Shown one piece after another: positions 19,501-28,209 of a stretch of DNA of 64,000 nucleotides (position 1 is the stretch's first letter; each line of letters begins with the position of its first letter). The DNA lies in the IMG/VR virus record IMGVR_UViG_3300010885_036069, positions 32,001 through 96,000 of that record, one strand, 5' to 3'. The position numbers were made by a program, and so were the translations under genes. This DNA comes from a virus. The notes under the pieces are model-generated. The model was not told the DNA's origin. It did no database searches and saw only the letters and a program-made list of their open reading frames with translations.

Positions 19501-20048
19501 GAGGTATGATGTGGCACTCCAGCAAGGATAATCCGCTTGATTCCAATGCTGTCGGTAGGAATGCTTTTCTAGTTATTGAGGATGCGGAAGTAGCACTTCA
19601 GCCCGTTTCGTCAACTTCGTTCAACAGGAAAATTGCATATGGCTTTGCTGGAATGCGTGGTGAGGATACTTTGTCCGTGGTGGTCCATTCCGATACACCA
19701 GTTGAAAGGATTCTCTCTTCAGCATTTACGGGGATCGGGTGTCTAATCGAGAACGAACTAACGCTAATTGGCGGTGGAGACACAAGATTTAATCTTTCTG
19801 CAAGTTCCGGTATGCGTATTGATGCTGCCAAGGGAAATCTTATTGGAGCAGTTATTGACAGGTTCCGCAATGGTGAAACAATTGAAATTAGTGCTGCTGA
19901 GCGACTTAAAAATGCTGGCTATAGTGAGGAAGAAATCAAAAAAATCCAAGATTACATGACTAGGAATTCTGGGAAATTTCCCAATATTCTCCAAATTAGG
20001 GATATTCTCAGTGGCAAAATGCCTGAAAGTAACTTTGACTTAATGTAA
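16554..20048 (+). CDS. 1164-aa polyprotein: N-terminal domain, tag + GNAT-like module, C-terminal ADP-ribosyltransferase
   Basis: Tag at about 17070; GATHWPKVGFDW; HRG...SSTS...ENE (R-S-ExE) triad. Confidence 0.75.
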   Translation: MVKQQMIEVAKTSDAKIYFIINPKDIDSDGVVIRGKETEYVRFWSYVTRLGSELVPLTNNEFLKSLWMSNLKRNSKNWAKASEDWTKKFLNREVEFTREELKSIRTSLIPTPIGETSSGVKKQVRRRVLSKKILLEQIELKAVNKPNLPNTPSKPGLGGGAPSARVLKPAVFDPRSVDVDSDGWHQEGTTAAWFGAGLNNPIVESLRSEMRLIQGAGNADLTHMANLNQSYFSDAPPPLGSTLEADLSWLGGKLLKANVTDPGMIEGRWLVGREQVRKQSGIREEILPTPDISELSDSDIMENLEQIIDARKKARVAKDAKTRIMASDNLSDEAAGAAKDFDFDAINPDDADEVARAMFNFEFVGMDDQKYSVELGKSYLQRDDYQGRRLTISGKIFKDGKEVGFFDRTIYLDKKTVAHDHMHLDEEVRGAQISGIINSRNELVYRSLGCDAISTKATSNIGYNGATHWPKVGFDWEDDYAREVYFASIDSALTKFALGISEEPDALPMMMKYDDSTGSFVNLPIFASREEAEEVALLLTLARTQSMDDPDRLTSGDLVNWSGAESWFQINNIEGNLVRNIGGQEDIADVPEVADIPEVSKPEIPAKMSKRPNWLTMEIFSEDLEVAISEIPEQKLKNEKVQKLIADLRYRGESAFFFGDSNGNDTFFPGDPEADEPEKGAPFAENLNFVIDEVISVGADSMNSYVNWLTAREQQTYRMELFASGERDELYDFGTKDGDLLSVDVDKVVTMALDPTADEDRIKESEIELLDLQSKMVERLGRPGAEWRHISFINGSGKEVTMVRGIDFNKEQEMKAAIAHGIGSLMADELSVEEMIVMIYFIGAGYEAEISDETLNDFVSNFGKGGKDRLAMTPEGRVERGWPGTNSDQAISPLSPDYKKFMGEYIADQLLGAWAHSSNSGLALGIQSAVEQIFGQKDGVRSFKISNDDPEITNVYEEFVKAQYLITQTMFRDAGITKITTHRGMMWHSSKDNPLDSNAVGRNAFLVIEDAEVALQPVSSTSFNRKIAYGFAGMRGEDTLSVVVHSDTPVERILSSAFTGIGCLIENELTLIGGGDTRFNLSASSGMRIDAAKGNLIGAVIDRFRNGETIEISAAERLKNAGYSEEEIKKIQDYMTRNSGKFPNILQIRDILSGKMPESNFDLM

Positions 20049-20058
20049 GGATTGAATC

Positions 20059-20391
20059 ATGAAAAAAAATGACAGTGAAATTTACCTTCAAGATGAAGAT
20101 TGGATCAAGCGCGGCAAGTGGGATTTGAATGTAACTAAACTTGACCAATTCTTTACCGTGATTGGTGCAGGGATTGCGGGAAACCCTAAGACTGTTGCTG
20201 GGTTCATTGAAAGTCCGGTGGCCCTGAATATGCCCGATTGGCTCGTTGTGGATGTGGTCAATCATCTAGATGAGAACAAAAAGGGCGATGCAGTGCCTGA
20301 CGAAATCCGATCCAGATTCAATAAACTCACCAAGTCCGATCAATCCAAAGAACCCCAAAAGCGTCGTGTAGTATTAAAAAATGACCGCTGA
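20059..20391 (+). CDS. Small hypothetical protein downstream of the ART (candidate partner or immunity protein)
   Basis: AAGGA RBS; directly follows the ART-bearing gene; contains DEDWIK. Confidence 0.65.
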   Translation: MKKNDSEIYLQDEDWIKRGKWDLNVTKLDQFFTVIGAGIAGNPKTVAGFIESPVALNMPDWLVVDVVNHLDENKKGDAVPDEIRSRFNKLTKSDQSKEPQKRRVVLKNDR

Positions 20392-21022
20392 ACTTAGCAT
20401 TGAGTTTTGCAAGGATCTTACGAAAGAGGCCAAAGAGTCTCTCGTGAGGGAGGAGGGCATTGGTTCTGATATAGCCCCATGTGTCATAGCCTTTGATGAG
20501 AACTCAGAATGTCTTGGCTGGGCGCAAATGATTGAAAGCGCAGACGATCGACTAGATCAGTACCAGCGACTAGCGCTTGTGGCCGGAATGATGCGGTCCG
20601 GGTGGCACGCCGATGCTGTTGCCCTCGTAGTTGAGGGATACATGATGATTGGCGATAGCGAGGGCGAAGAGAGTCTTGCAAAGCTCTTCGCTGCTGGCGA
20701 TCAAAATGTTCATGAGTGCATTTCCATTGTCTATGGGAACTCCTCTGGAGAAATGAGAGCCACAAGCATCCCCTACAAGCAGGAACTCGGGCGAAAAATC
20801 ACTTGGCTCACCGAGTCTGTTCAGGTCGTAGATGAAGGTGCAAGCGGATCTTTCATTGAAGTAATTAGATATCTATTTGATGTTGTTGAAATGATCCCAT
20901 GGCCCACTGAGGGTTCTCCAGCGAGGTACATGACCGCCGTCGCTTCGCAGATGGGTGAGCATGGATTTATGCTCGTTTGCGGGATCCCAGGCACCGTTAC
21001 CGACTGGGATTCTCCCTCCTAG
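20381..21022 (+). CDS. Hypothetical protein
   Basis: 213-aa ORF. Confidence 0.7.
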   Translation: MTAELSIEFCKDLTKEAKESLVREEGIGSDIAPCVIAFDENSECLGWAQMIESADDRLDQYQRLALVAGMMRSGWHADAVALVVEGYMMIGDSEGEESLAKLFAAGDQNVHECISIVYGNSSGEMRATSIPYKQELGRKITWLTESVQVVDEGASGSFIEVIRYLFDVVEMIPWPTEGSPARYMTAVASQMGEHGFMLVCGIPGTVTDWDSPS

Positions 21023-21036
21023 TCTATAATTTACCT

Positions 21037-21210
21037 ATGGGTAAAGGTAAGGGCAGTTCAAATCGAGCAGGTGAGAGGACTCGGAAAAATCCTCTCACCG
21101 GAGAAATTGAGAAAGTTGCCGGCACCAAAGCCGGAAGGGGGCGTATGCGCGAGGCTCCAAACTCGCCACTTCGCACCCATGACCGCAATCAGGTAAAAAA
21201 ACCCTCCTAA
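21037..21210 (+). CDS. Small basic protein
   Basis: MGKGKGSSNR..., K/R/G-rich. Confidence 0.5.
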   Translation: MGKGKGSSNRAGERTRKNPLTGEIEKVAGTKAGRGRMREAPNSPLRTHDRNQVKKPS

Positions 21211-21286
21211 TCAAGATAATTCTTGACTTTGACCTGTGAATCAGTAAGTATCTAGTGACCGAATAAATAACCCAAGGAGTCTTGGG

Positions 21287-21514
21287 ATGTTCAGTAAGTT
21301 GAAGTGCCTTCTATCTACCATTAACCAGAAGTCACAAGATGAGCCAATCATCCTTGTGGTGTTAGCACTGTTTTTATTGATGTTTGTTTGCCTATTGTTG
21401 CTTATCGTGCTTCTGGCAGTCAAACTCCTAGGAATTCTATTTATCCCCGTTGTTTCCTTACTTGGGGCCATATCCATGGTTCTGATTGAGCGATTTGGGG
21501 AGGAAAGCGAATAA
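21287..21514 (+). CDS. Small membrane protein
   Basis: AAGGAG RBS; long hydrophobic stretch. Confidence 0.55.
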   Translation: MFSKLKCLLSTINQKSQDEPIILVVLALFLLMFVCLLLLIVLLAVKLLGILFIPVVSLLGAISMVLIERFGEESE

Positions 21515-21516
21515 GC

Positions 21517-22068
21517 GTGAACGAGGAAGCGACCGAGAATCCGTTTCTAACGGTTTGGATTGAGTTGAGTCGCCATGAACTTTTATCTGCTGCGGTCGGG
21601 GGCTGCCAGCGTCGAGTGACCTCAATGGAAGTTGCCAGACCTCAGTTCTATGGCGCCGACGAACGAAACAACTATTGGCAAATTGATATTCAGGGTGCAA
21701 TTGCTGAATATGCAGTAGCAAAGGCCTTTGATAAGTATTGGGAACCGGCAACTGATAAGTCGCTTAAATCGCTTCCTGGCGATGTTGGCTTCTACCAAAT
21801 TCGGTCAACTGCACATAAGACGGGTCAGCTCATAGTCCATAAGGCGGATGCTGATGATGTTCCGTTCATTCTTGCCATTGTTTCTGAGCCGTATGTGAAA
21901 CTTGCTGGATACCTCTACGGCGGTGAAGCAAAGGAAATTGGCGAGCAGCGAAAGTATGGATGCACTTGGGTTCCACAGGAAAAACTCCGTTCAGTGACGG
22001 AACTAATTGATTTCCCTCAAATGGATGGGGTTTCAATCAAGAAGGCAAAACATCGTCAAGCCCAGTAA
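21517..22068 (+). CDS. Hypothetical protein, possible PD-(D/E)XK-like fold
   Basis: GAIAEYAVAK...PGDVG...QIRST pattern. Confidence 0.6.
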   Translation: MNEEATENPFLTVWIELSRHELLSAAVGGCQRRVTSMEVARPQFYGADERNNYWQIDIQGAIAEYAVAKAFDKYWEPATDKSLKSLPGDVGFYQIRSTAHKTGQLIVHKADADDVPFILAIVSEPYVKLAGYLYGGEAKEIGEQRKYGCTWVPQEKLRSVTELIDFPQMDGVSIKKAKHRQAQ

Positions 22069-22597
22069 CGCTCGCAATAATTTCTCTTGGGACTCCGAGC
22101 CATGTCAGCAGTACGGCAAGTTTGTATGGGTTGGCAGTAAATAGCGTTATGAAAGATCCAGAGAAAGCGCCATCACTGTCTGAAAAAATTGCTGATGATG
22201 ACCCAGCCCAATCTTCACTTTTCCTGAGCCAACTTGAGAGATTCTGTGATGGATGTTGAGTTCTGGCGCTCCAGTCAAAACTGCCATCAGCAAGCAAACC
22301 ATCAATATCCCTGTCTTTGTCAGCGTCAAAGATTTCTTCAAGAAAGTCATTTGAAAATCGCGCAGACCAAAGTCCTTGCACCTCATCATTTGAAAAAGAC
22401 AAGCCCTCCGATGATGCAAGATGAATCGCTTCTTCAGTAATTTCAAATGGACCATCACTTGAAATTTCTACTCCGGCATCAGACGCTTTAAGCATGCGGA
22501 TTCCGGAGCCAGTTTCAATAGCAACATGTGGTTCAAACCAGCAAGGCCGAGTCAATACTGCATACAAATAACCATCTAGGGCTTTGTCTGAGTTCAT
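22037..22597 (-). CDS. Hypothetical protein
   Basis: 186-aa ORF. Confidence 0.6.
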   Translation of the reverse strand: MNSDKALDGYLYAVLTRPCWFEPHVAIETGSGIRMLKASDAGVEISSDGPFEITEEAIHLASSEGLSFSNDEVQGLWSARFSNDFLEEIFDADKDRDIDGLLADGSFDWSARTQHPSQNLSSWLRKSEDWAGSSSAIFSDSDGAFSGSFITLFTANPYKLAVLLTWLGVPREIIASVTGLDDVLPS

Positions 22598-22610
22598 GTG
22601 AGGAACCGTA

Positions 22611-22862
22611 TCAGAACTGGGAGTAGCCCCTCAATCCAGGTTCCGCCTGAGGACGCTCAACCTCTGGCCATTCTCCGTATTGAGTTTCGGGAATTTCAAA
22701 CTCTTCCTTGTTGCTTGAAATCAAAGACGCTCGAACTTGATCAATCCATGGCCAAGGCATGGAGAAGCAGCGCTTGGAAGAAACGAAAACTTCAATGCCA
22801 TCCTCTCCGAGGCGACACACGACGGTTCCATCTGGATTGCTCATATCGCATGTTTCTGACAT
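22611..22862 (-). CDS. Hypothetical protein
   Basis: 83-aa ORF. Confidence 0.5.
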   Translation of the reverse strand: MSETCDMSNPDGTVVCRLGEDGIEVFVSSKRCFSMPWPWIDQVRASLISSNKEEFEIPETQYGEWPEVERPQAEPGLRGYSQF

Positions 22863-22880
22863 GCCCGTATTTTAATACAG

Positions 22881-22917
22881 AAAAGACCCCTCACCGAAGT
22901 GAGGGGTCTTCCCTTTT
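22881..22917. terminator. Intrinsic terminator (possibly bidirectional) downstream of the Rpf-like gene
   Basis: AAGACCCCTCAC / GTGAGGGGTCTT hairpin flanked by A- and T-runs. Confidence 0.8.
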
Positions 22918-22940
22918 GGGTGACTCTAGGGCATTACCGG

Positions 22941-23522
22941 CTAGAGCCAGCCAAATTTGCGGCTACAGCCCGGCCAAGCCTTCCAGCCCGATCCGGCAAG
23001 GACTCGCTCAGCGATCACAATCTGCTGTTCACGAGAGGCTTCCCAGGGGTGAGGTGCGAACTCGCCGCCGCCGTAGGACAGCCAAGTTGAGTATGAATGC
23101 TGGTGCATAAATTGGAGTCCGCCACCGAAACCGTTACCGGTGTTGGTCGCCCAATTACCCCCCGTTTCACACTGAGCCAACTGATCCCACCTGCTGCCAT
23201 CGCCCGAGTCGTAGTTCGGTTCCGTGGGTGGCGCTTTGGGTGCATTTGCGGCTCGCTGAGCGGCTGCAACTTTCTCCTGCTCGATCTTATTAAGTTCCGC
23301 AAGGTAGGCATCAAGATTTCGCTGTTGCTCAATTTCAGCGAAATAAGCCTCCACCGCTGCGGTGTCTTCCGGTGTTACTTCCGTGGTTGATGGAGCCGAT
23401 TGGGCTGCTGCAACTGCGGATCCTAAATCTCCTGCTTTCCGTGATGTTGTCATGATGCCAATCGACCCGACTAGAAATAGGACGACTGTAAAAACGGCAA
23501 TGTATAAACGATTGCTAAGCAT
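22941..23522 (-). CDS. rpf: Resuscitation-promoting factor (Rpf) family lytic transglycosylase, secreted or membrane-anchored
   Basis: WDQLAQCETGGNWATNTGNGFGGGLQF...ASREQQIVIAERVL...WPGCS Rpf domain; N-terminal hydrophobic segment. Confidence 0.92.
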   Translation of the reverse strand: MLSNRLYIAVFTVVLFLVGSIGIMTTSRKAGDLGSAVAAAQSAPSTTEVTPEDTAAVEAYFAEIEQQRNLDAYLAELNKIEQEKVAAAQRAANAPKAPPTEPNYDSGDGSRWDQLAQCETGGNWATNTGNGFGGGLQFMHQHSYSTWLSYGGGEFAPHPWEASREQQIVIAERVLAGSGWKAWPGCSRKFGWL

Positions 23523-23524
23523 GA

Positions 23525-23640
23525 ACTTTTCCTTTGCTCGGGAATAAGAACTGATTCCAATTTGGAATCGTCACCAATCAGAAATCTCTCAGAGGCGACC
23601 CGTATAAGACGGTCAGAAAAGGCTAGCAAAGGGAATATCA
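23525..23640 (-). promoter_or_regulatory. Structured 5' leader of rpf (candidate cis-regulatory RNA)
   Basis: Outer stem UUCC(C)UUUGCU / AGCAAAGGAA covers the RBS; inner GUCGCC/GGUGAC and GAUUCCA/UGGAAUC stems. Confidence 0.5.
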
Positions 23641-23698
23641 GTATGCAAGAACGCCCACGCAAGCGACATAAAGTTTTTTGTGGTACTTGACAAAAGTA

Positions 23699-24457
23699 TC
23701 AATCAATAGTATTCCAAGCCAAGTCATCTCCCTCAGCATAAATATCGCACCCAACTCCATTCCGTAGAAGCCTATTTGCCACTTCTACGGTCGTGTGGCT
23801 TCCACTAAAAGGATCCAAGACATTCTCACCTGGTCGCGTTGAAAGGGGGATGCAGCGAAGCGGAAGTTCCTCGGGAAAGGGTGCTAGATGGCCTCTCCCC
23901 TTAGCAGGAGGGAAGCTCCATACATTCCCACGCTCCGTTAGTTGATCCTCGTAAAAACGATGTCCCTTATCCTTGGCGAGCATAAAGATGAACTCGCTAG
24001 AAACGCCTGGCCGGCGAGCATGCTTGAGATCTTCAGGACGAAGCATGCCCTTGTCCCAAGTGATTGAAGCCCTATAAAGCCATCCACAATCAACAAAAAC
24101 CTCAACCACCCTGTGGGGAATATTCAGCCACTGCATTTTTGCTCTATCTGTTTCACCTTGGCGGTAGCGAGGCTTCCCATCTTTTGATCCGCCTTTGTTG
24201 TAGTCGCCCCCAGCGCCACCAGAGCCGGAGGCAGTATCGCCAAGATTGAGCCAGAGAAGACCTTCATCGTCTAGTAGTCGGTTCCACTCTTTCGCGCATT
24301 TTTCCATGTCTTCCAAATAGTCCTGAACGGAGCCAGTACCAATTTCAAGGTCACTATTTCCGTATTTACGCAATCCGAAGTACGGAGGTGAGGTGACGAT
24401 TGAGTGAAAACATCCATCTGGAAGCGGAATCTCGCGAGCATCAGATTTCAAAATCAT
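23699..24457 (-). CDS. DNA methyltransferase, N4-cytosine/N6-adenine beta class
   Basis: IVTSPPYF (motif IV) precedes VLDPFSGS (motif I); HLAPFP. Confidence 0.92.
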   Translation of the reverse strand: MILKSDAREIPLPDGCFHSIVTSPPYFGLRKYGNSDLEIGTGSVQDYLEDMEKCAKEWNRLLDDEGLLWLNLGDTASGSGGAGGDYNKGGSKDGKPRYRQGETDRAKMQWLNIPHRVVEVFVDCGWLYRASITWDKGMLRPEDLKHARRPGVSSEFIFMLAKDKGHRFYEDQLTERGNVWSFPPAKGRGHLAPFPEELPLRCIPLSTRPGENVLDPFSGSHTTVEVANRLLRNGVGCDIYAEGDDLAWNTID

Positions 24458-24544
24458 GTGAATCCTTTGAGGTTTTTTGTGTGGTCAGTTTACCCCCCTC
24501 AGGACTTTGGATGCGACCACCGTGTCGTGGTGTATGGTCACCAG

Positions 24545-24868
24545 ATGTACACAAATGACCATGAGGGTGCCTACCCGGAATACGTTTTAAATGACATCAG
24601 AATCATCAGGGCGAGTCGAACTCCCTGCATTATTTGTGGTCACCCAACTGGAGATTGCAGCGACAATTCAGCAGCAAAACCCCGCCAAATCATTGGGGAC
24701 CATATGTTCCAAAAGTCAACGATTCCGCAGAACGAGGTTCTCGTTCTTGAGGATTTATTTGATACGGTTCAAATTACCAACCGCACTTCAACTCGGGTAT
24801 TGGTGGCTAGGGCCGGTACATACATATCACGCGACAAGGCAATTGAATTTGGACTTGTTTCACCCTGA
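24545..24868 (+). CDS. Hypothetical protein with a CxxCGHxxxxC motif
   Basis: PCIICGHPTGDC. Confidence 0.65.
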   Translation: MYTNDHEGAYPEYVLNDIRIIRASRTPCIICGHPTGDCSDNSAAKPRQIIGDHMFQKSTIPQNEVLVLEDLFDTVQITNRTSTRVLVARAGTYISRDKAIEFGLVSP

Positions 24869-24946
24869 AGTAGTTAATAGCAGTATGTAGATTCGCCTAA
24901 GTTTGACTTACCAAAACAACCTCAATTAGCCCGAAAGGCATTTCCG

Positions 24947-26872
24947 GTGTCAGTTATCAGTTCTGATTTTGTTTCTAGTTACGCATCCCAAACCCCTCCT
25001 TGGGGATTCGGTGGAATGGGTGAAATTGTTTACCTGCGTACTTATAGTCGTTCAATTCCTGAATTGGGTCGCAACGAAATGTGGCCTGAAACCATTCAAC
25101 GATGCATTAACGGCGCTGTTGAAATTGGAGCAGAACTTTCACAGGAAGAAGCGGAAAAACTCTTTGACCATATGTTCAATCTTCGCTGCTCACTTAGCGG
25201 TCGTTCCCTCTGGCAGCTCGGTACGCAACTGGTCAAGAAGTTCAACGGAACATCACTCAACAACTGTTATTTCACCTCTATTGAATCCGTAGAGGACTTT
25301 GAACTTCTCTTTGATTATCTGATGCTTGGCGGTGGTGTTGGATTCTCCGTAGAGCGATCAAAGATTCATGAACTTCCAAAGGTGAAGTCTGGAGTCACAA
25401 TTACTCACGAGCGCACCAACGATGCTGACATCATTGTTCCTGACTCACGCGGAGGATGGCGTCGTCTTCTTCATTCAGTTCTCAAGAGTTACTTCACGAC
25501 GGGGAAGAGCTTCTCATACAGCACCCTTTTGATTCGTGAGTTCGGCGCACCTCTCAGCACCTTTGGTGGGACCGCTTCAGGACCAGGTGCATTGATTGAT
25601 GGAATTTCCGATATCTGCAAAGTCATGGAGAATCGAGTCGGAAAGAAACTTCGATCAATTGATGTTCTTGATATTTGCAACATTATCGGTCGCATTGTTG
25701 TAAGCGGTTCTTCACGCCGTTCTGCTCAGATTGCCATTGGCGATCCGGACGACATTCTTTTTCTTCGTGCCAAGAATTGGGGAACGGGGAACATCCCTGG
25801 CTGGCGAGCAAACTCAAACAACAGCATCTATGCAGATGCTTATGAAGAAATCATGCCTGAACTTTGGAAGGGTTACGACGGTTCAGGAGAACCTTACGGA
25901 CTTTTGAATCGTCGTCTTGCTCGCTCTTACGGTCGTGTCGGTGAGCGCAAATCAGATCCATCAGTTGAGGGATTCAACCCCTGCGCTGAAATTGCCCTTG
26001 CTGACGGAGAGTCTTGCAATCTTGCAACAATCTTCTTGCCATCAATTGAGTCATTTGAACAGTTCTGTGAAATTTCAGAACTTCTTTATAAGGTTCAGAA
26101 GGCAATCACGAGTCTTGATTATCCATACGAGAAGACAACAACGATTACTCGCAAGAATCGTCGCCTTGGTCAGTCAGTAACTGGAATCCTTCAATGTTCT
26201 GAGGAACAGTTGGCGTGGCTCTCACTCGGCTATGAAAACCTTCGTGCTTTTGATGTTGCCTACTCAGCGGAGCATGGAGTTCCAGAGTCAATTCGACTTA
26301 CCACAGTTCAGCCGTCAGGAACGCTTTCGCTCCTCCCGGGTCAGACTCCTGGCATTCATCCAGCATTTGCTCGTTACTACATTCGTCGTGTTCGGTTCTC
26401 TAGTGCTGATCCCCTCGTGGAGTCATGCCGTAAGCGCGGCTACAACGTGGTTCCCGAGGTCGGTATTGATGGGCGGGAAGATCACACAAAGTGGGTTGTT
26501 GAATTTCCCGCAGAGTCCCCAGAGAATGCAGTCCTCGCTAAGGATATGACCGCAATTGATCAGTTGGAATGGGTAAAGCGTCTTCAGGCTGAGTGGGCGG
26601 ACAACGCCGTTTCGGTGACGGTCTATTACCGCAAGGAAGAACTTTCAGAAATCAAAGATTGGCTTTCAAAGAACTACGACAAGCACATCAAGAGCGTTTC
26701 ATTCCTTCTTCATTCTGACCATAACTTCCCACTCCCCCCATACGAGGAAATCAGCAAGGAGGAGTACGAGCGGATGCTGTCAAAGGTTGACTTCTCAATT
26801 TCAATTGCTCCGAATGCATCTGGTGACCTTCTTGATGAGTCCTGTGCAACAGGGGCTTGTCCTGTACGGTAG
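24947..26872 (+). CDS. nrdJ: Class II (adenosylcobalamin-dependent) ribonucleotide reductase
   Basis: NNCYF, LMLGGGVGF, RRSAQI, NPCAEI...ESCNL, TVQPSGT and C-terminal CATGACP. Confidence 0.95.
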   Translation: MSVISSDFVSSYASQTPPWGFGGMGEIVYLRTYSRSIPELGRNEMWPETIQRCINGAVEIGAELSQEEAEKLFDHMFNLRCSLSGRSLWQLGTQLVKKFNGTSLNNCYFTSIESVEDFELLFDYLMLGGGVGFSVERSKIHELPKVKSGVTITHERTNDADIIVPDSRGGWRRLLHSVLKSYFTTGKSFSYSTLLIREFGAPLSTFGGTASGPGALIDGISDICKVMENRVGKKLRSIDVLDICNIIGRIVVSGSSRRSAQIAIGDPDDILFLRAKNWGTGNIPGWRANSNNSIYADAYEEIMPELWKGYDGSGEPYGLLNRRLARSYGRVGERKSDPSVEGFNPCAEIALADGESCNLATIFLPSIESFEQFCEISELLYKVQKAITSLDYPYEKTTTITRKNRRLGQSVTGILQCSEEQLAWLSLGYENLRAFDVAYSAEHGVPESIRLTTVQPSGTLSLLPGQTPGIHPAFARYYIRRVRFSSADPLVESCRKRGYNVVPEVGIDGREDHTKWVVEFPAESPENAVLAKDMTAIDQLEWVKRLQAEWADNAVSVTVYYRKEELSEIKDWLSKNYDKHIKSVSFLLHSDHNFPLPPYEEISKEEYERMLSKVDFSISIAPNASGDLLDESCATGACPVR

Positions 26873-26877
26873 TGATC

Positions 26878-27669
26878 ATGAATCTCTCCGATCTGACGGT
26901 TCCCTATGAGGGGACGGGTGCTATTGACTGGAATGACGAAGGCGTTGTCATTCTTAAAAATTTCATTCCCGAAGAACTCATGGTCGCTTATGAGGAATGC
27001 TGGATTAACAATCATGCAGTCGGAACACTTGATAACTATGAAATGACTTCCCCAAATGGGTGGAGTTATTGCACCCCGTATAGGGATCATCAAGAAGTTC
27101 TTGACATCCTTTCTTACGGACCTCTTCATGAGGAAATGAAAAACCTCATTGGTGAGTCAGTTGGGGTTCATCTGAACCTCACTGGATGGGTTTCAACTAC
27201 TCGGAATTGGCATCAAGATTCTTACCTCAACCCCACTCATGTTGGTGATCGGTATATTGCCGCGTGGATAGCACTTGGGAAGATTGACCCCGACTCCGGA
27301 CCTTTTCAGTATGTCCCCGGTTCGCATAAGTGGCCCCAAGTGACTCGCGAAAAGATCCTTCAGGCTCTCCCTGAGGGGGATCGTGACCACCTTTGGCCAA
27401 CCCATAGCGAAAAAATCCTTACGCCTTTATTTGAGGAAGAACTCAAAAAGCGCAATTCGGAAATTGTCACCTATCTCCCAGAACGCGGAGATGTGCTTCT
27501 GTGGCATGGACGACTTCTTCATCGTGGTTCAGTTGCTAACATTCCAGGGATGGAGCGTCGATCTTTGATTGCTCACTATTCGGGTGTTAACCATCGTGAA
27601 GATATGCCCTCTGCCATTCAGCACGGTGGCGGTTATTACTTTCCAGTTAATGACCTGAGCGGCAAATAG
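26878..27669 (+). CDS. Phytanoyl-CoA dioxygenase-like 2OG-Fe(II) oxygenase
   Basis: WHQD, AAWIAL, GPFQYVPGSH, GDVLLWHGRLLHRGS. Confidence 0.9.
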   Translation: MNLSDLTVPYEGTGAIDWNDEGVVILKNFIPEELMVAYEECWINNHAVGTLDNYEMTSPNGWSYCTPYRDHQEVLDILSYGPLHEEMKNLIGESVGVHLNLTGWVSTTRNWHQDSYLNPTHVGDRYIAAWIALGKIDPDSGPFQYVPGSHKWPQVTREKILQALPEGDRDHLWPTHSEKILTPLFEEELKKRNSEIVTYLPERGDVLLWHGRLLHRGSVANIPGMERRSLIAHYSGVNHREDMPSAIQHGGGYYFPVNDLSGK

Positions 27670-27670
27670 C

Positions 27671-28207
27671 ATGACTTCAACAGACTTGTTTATTAATCAT
27701 GTAGCGACATTAGATAAGCCCAAGGTTCTTGAAATCGGAACCCTTCAGTGGGTTGATGGTGTTTCTACGCATCACGGAGCATGGTTGCCCGGAGGGTCCA
27801 CTCATGTGATGTCTGATATCAAGGAAGGTAAAGATGTTGATGTTGTTGCTGATGCTCATGATCTTTCCTTGTTTAGTGAAGGCGAGTTTGATGCTTTTAT
27901 TGCTGTAAGTGTGTGGGAGCATCTCCGCAAGCCATGGATTGCTTCTGCTGAAGTCGCCCGCGTGGTAAAGCCTGGTGGGATTATCTATGTAGCCACTCAT
28001 TTTGCTTTTCCCGTTCATGGTTACCCCTCTGATTATTGTCGATGGACAGATGAGGGATTGAAAAGTCTTTTTGATGAACCAGAGTGGCATTCACAACAGG
28101 CTGATTATGCATTTCCCTGCACGATCAAACCCCCACGAGAAGTTAAGGCTTGGAACACGCTTGCTCCGGCTTTTCTTAATGTTGCCATTTTTGCTATTAA
28201 GGCATAA
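27671..28207 (+). CDS. Class I SAM-dependent methyltransferase
   Basis: VLEIG, DVVADAH, VWEHL, RVVKPGG, HGYPSDY.RWT. Confidence 0.85.
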   Translation: MTSTDLFINHVATLDKPKVLEIGTLQWVDGVSTHHGAWLPGGSTHVMSDIKEGKDVDVVADAHDLSLFSEGEFDAFIAVSVWEHLRKPWIASAEVARVVKPGGIIYVATHFAFPVHGYPSDYCRWTDEGLKSLFDEPEWHSQQADYAFPCTIKPPREVKAWNTLAPAFLNVAIFAIKA

Positions 28208-28209
28208 CG

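Noticed and set aside
23525-23700. c-di-AMP (ydaO) riboswitch upstream of rpf
   Set aside because: The consensus elements were not recognisable by eye; it is kept only as an unassigned structured leader.
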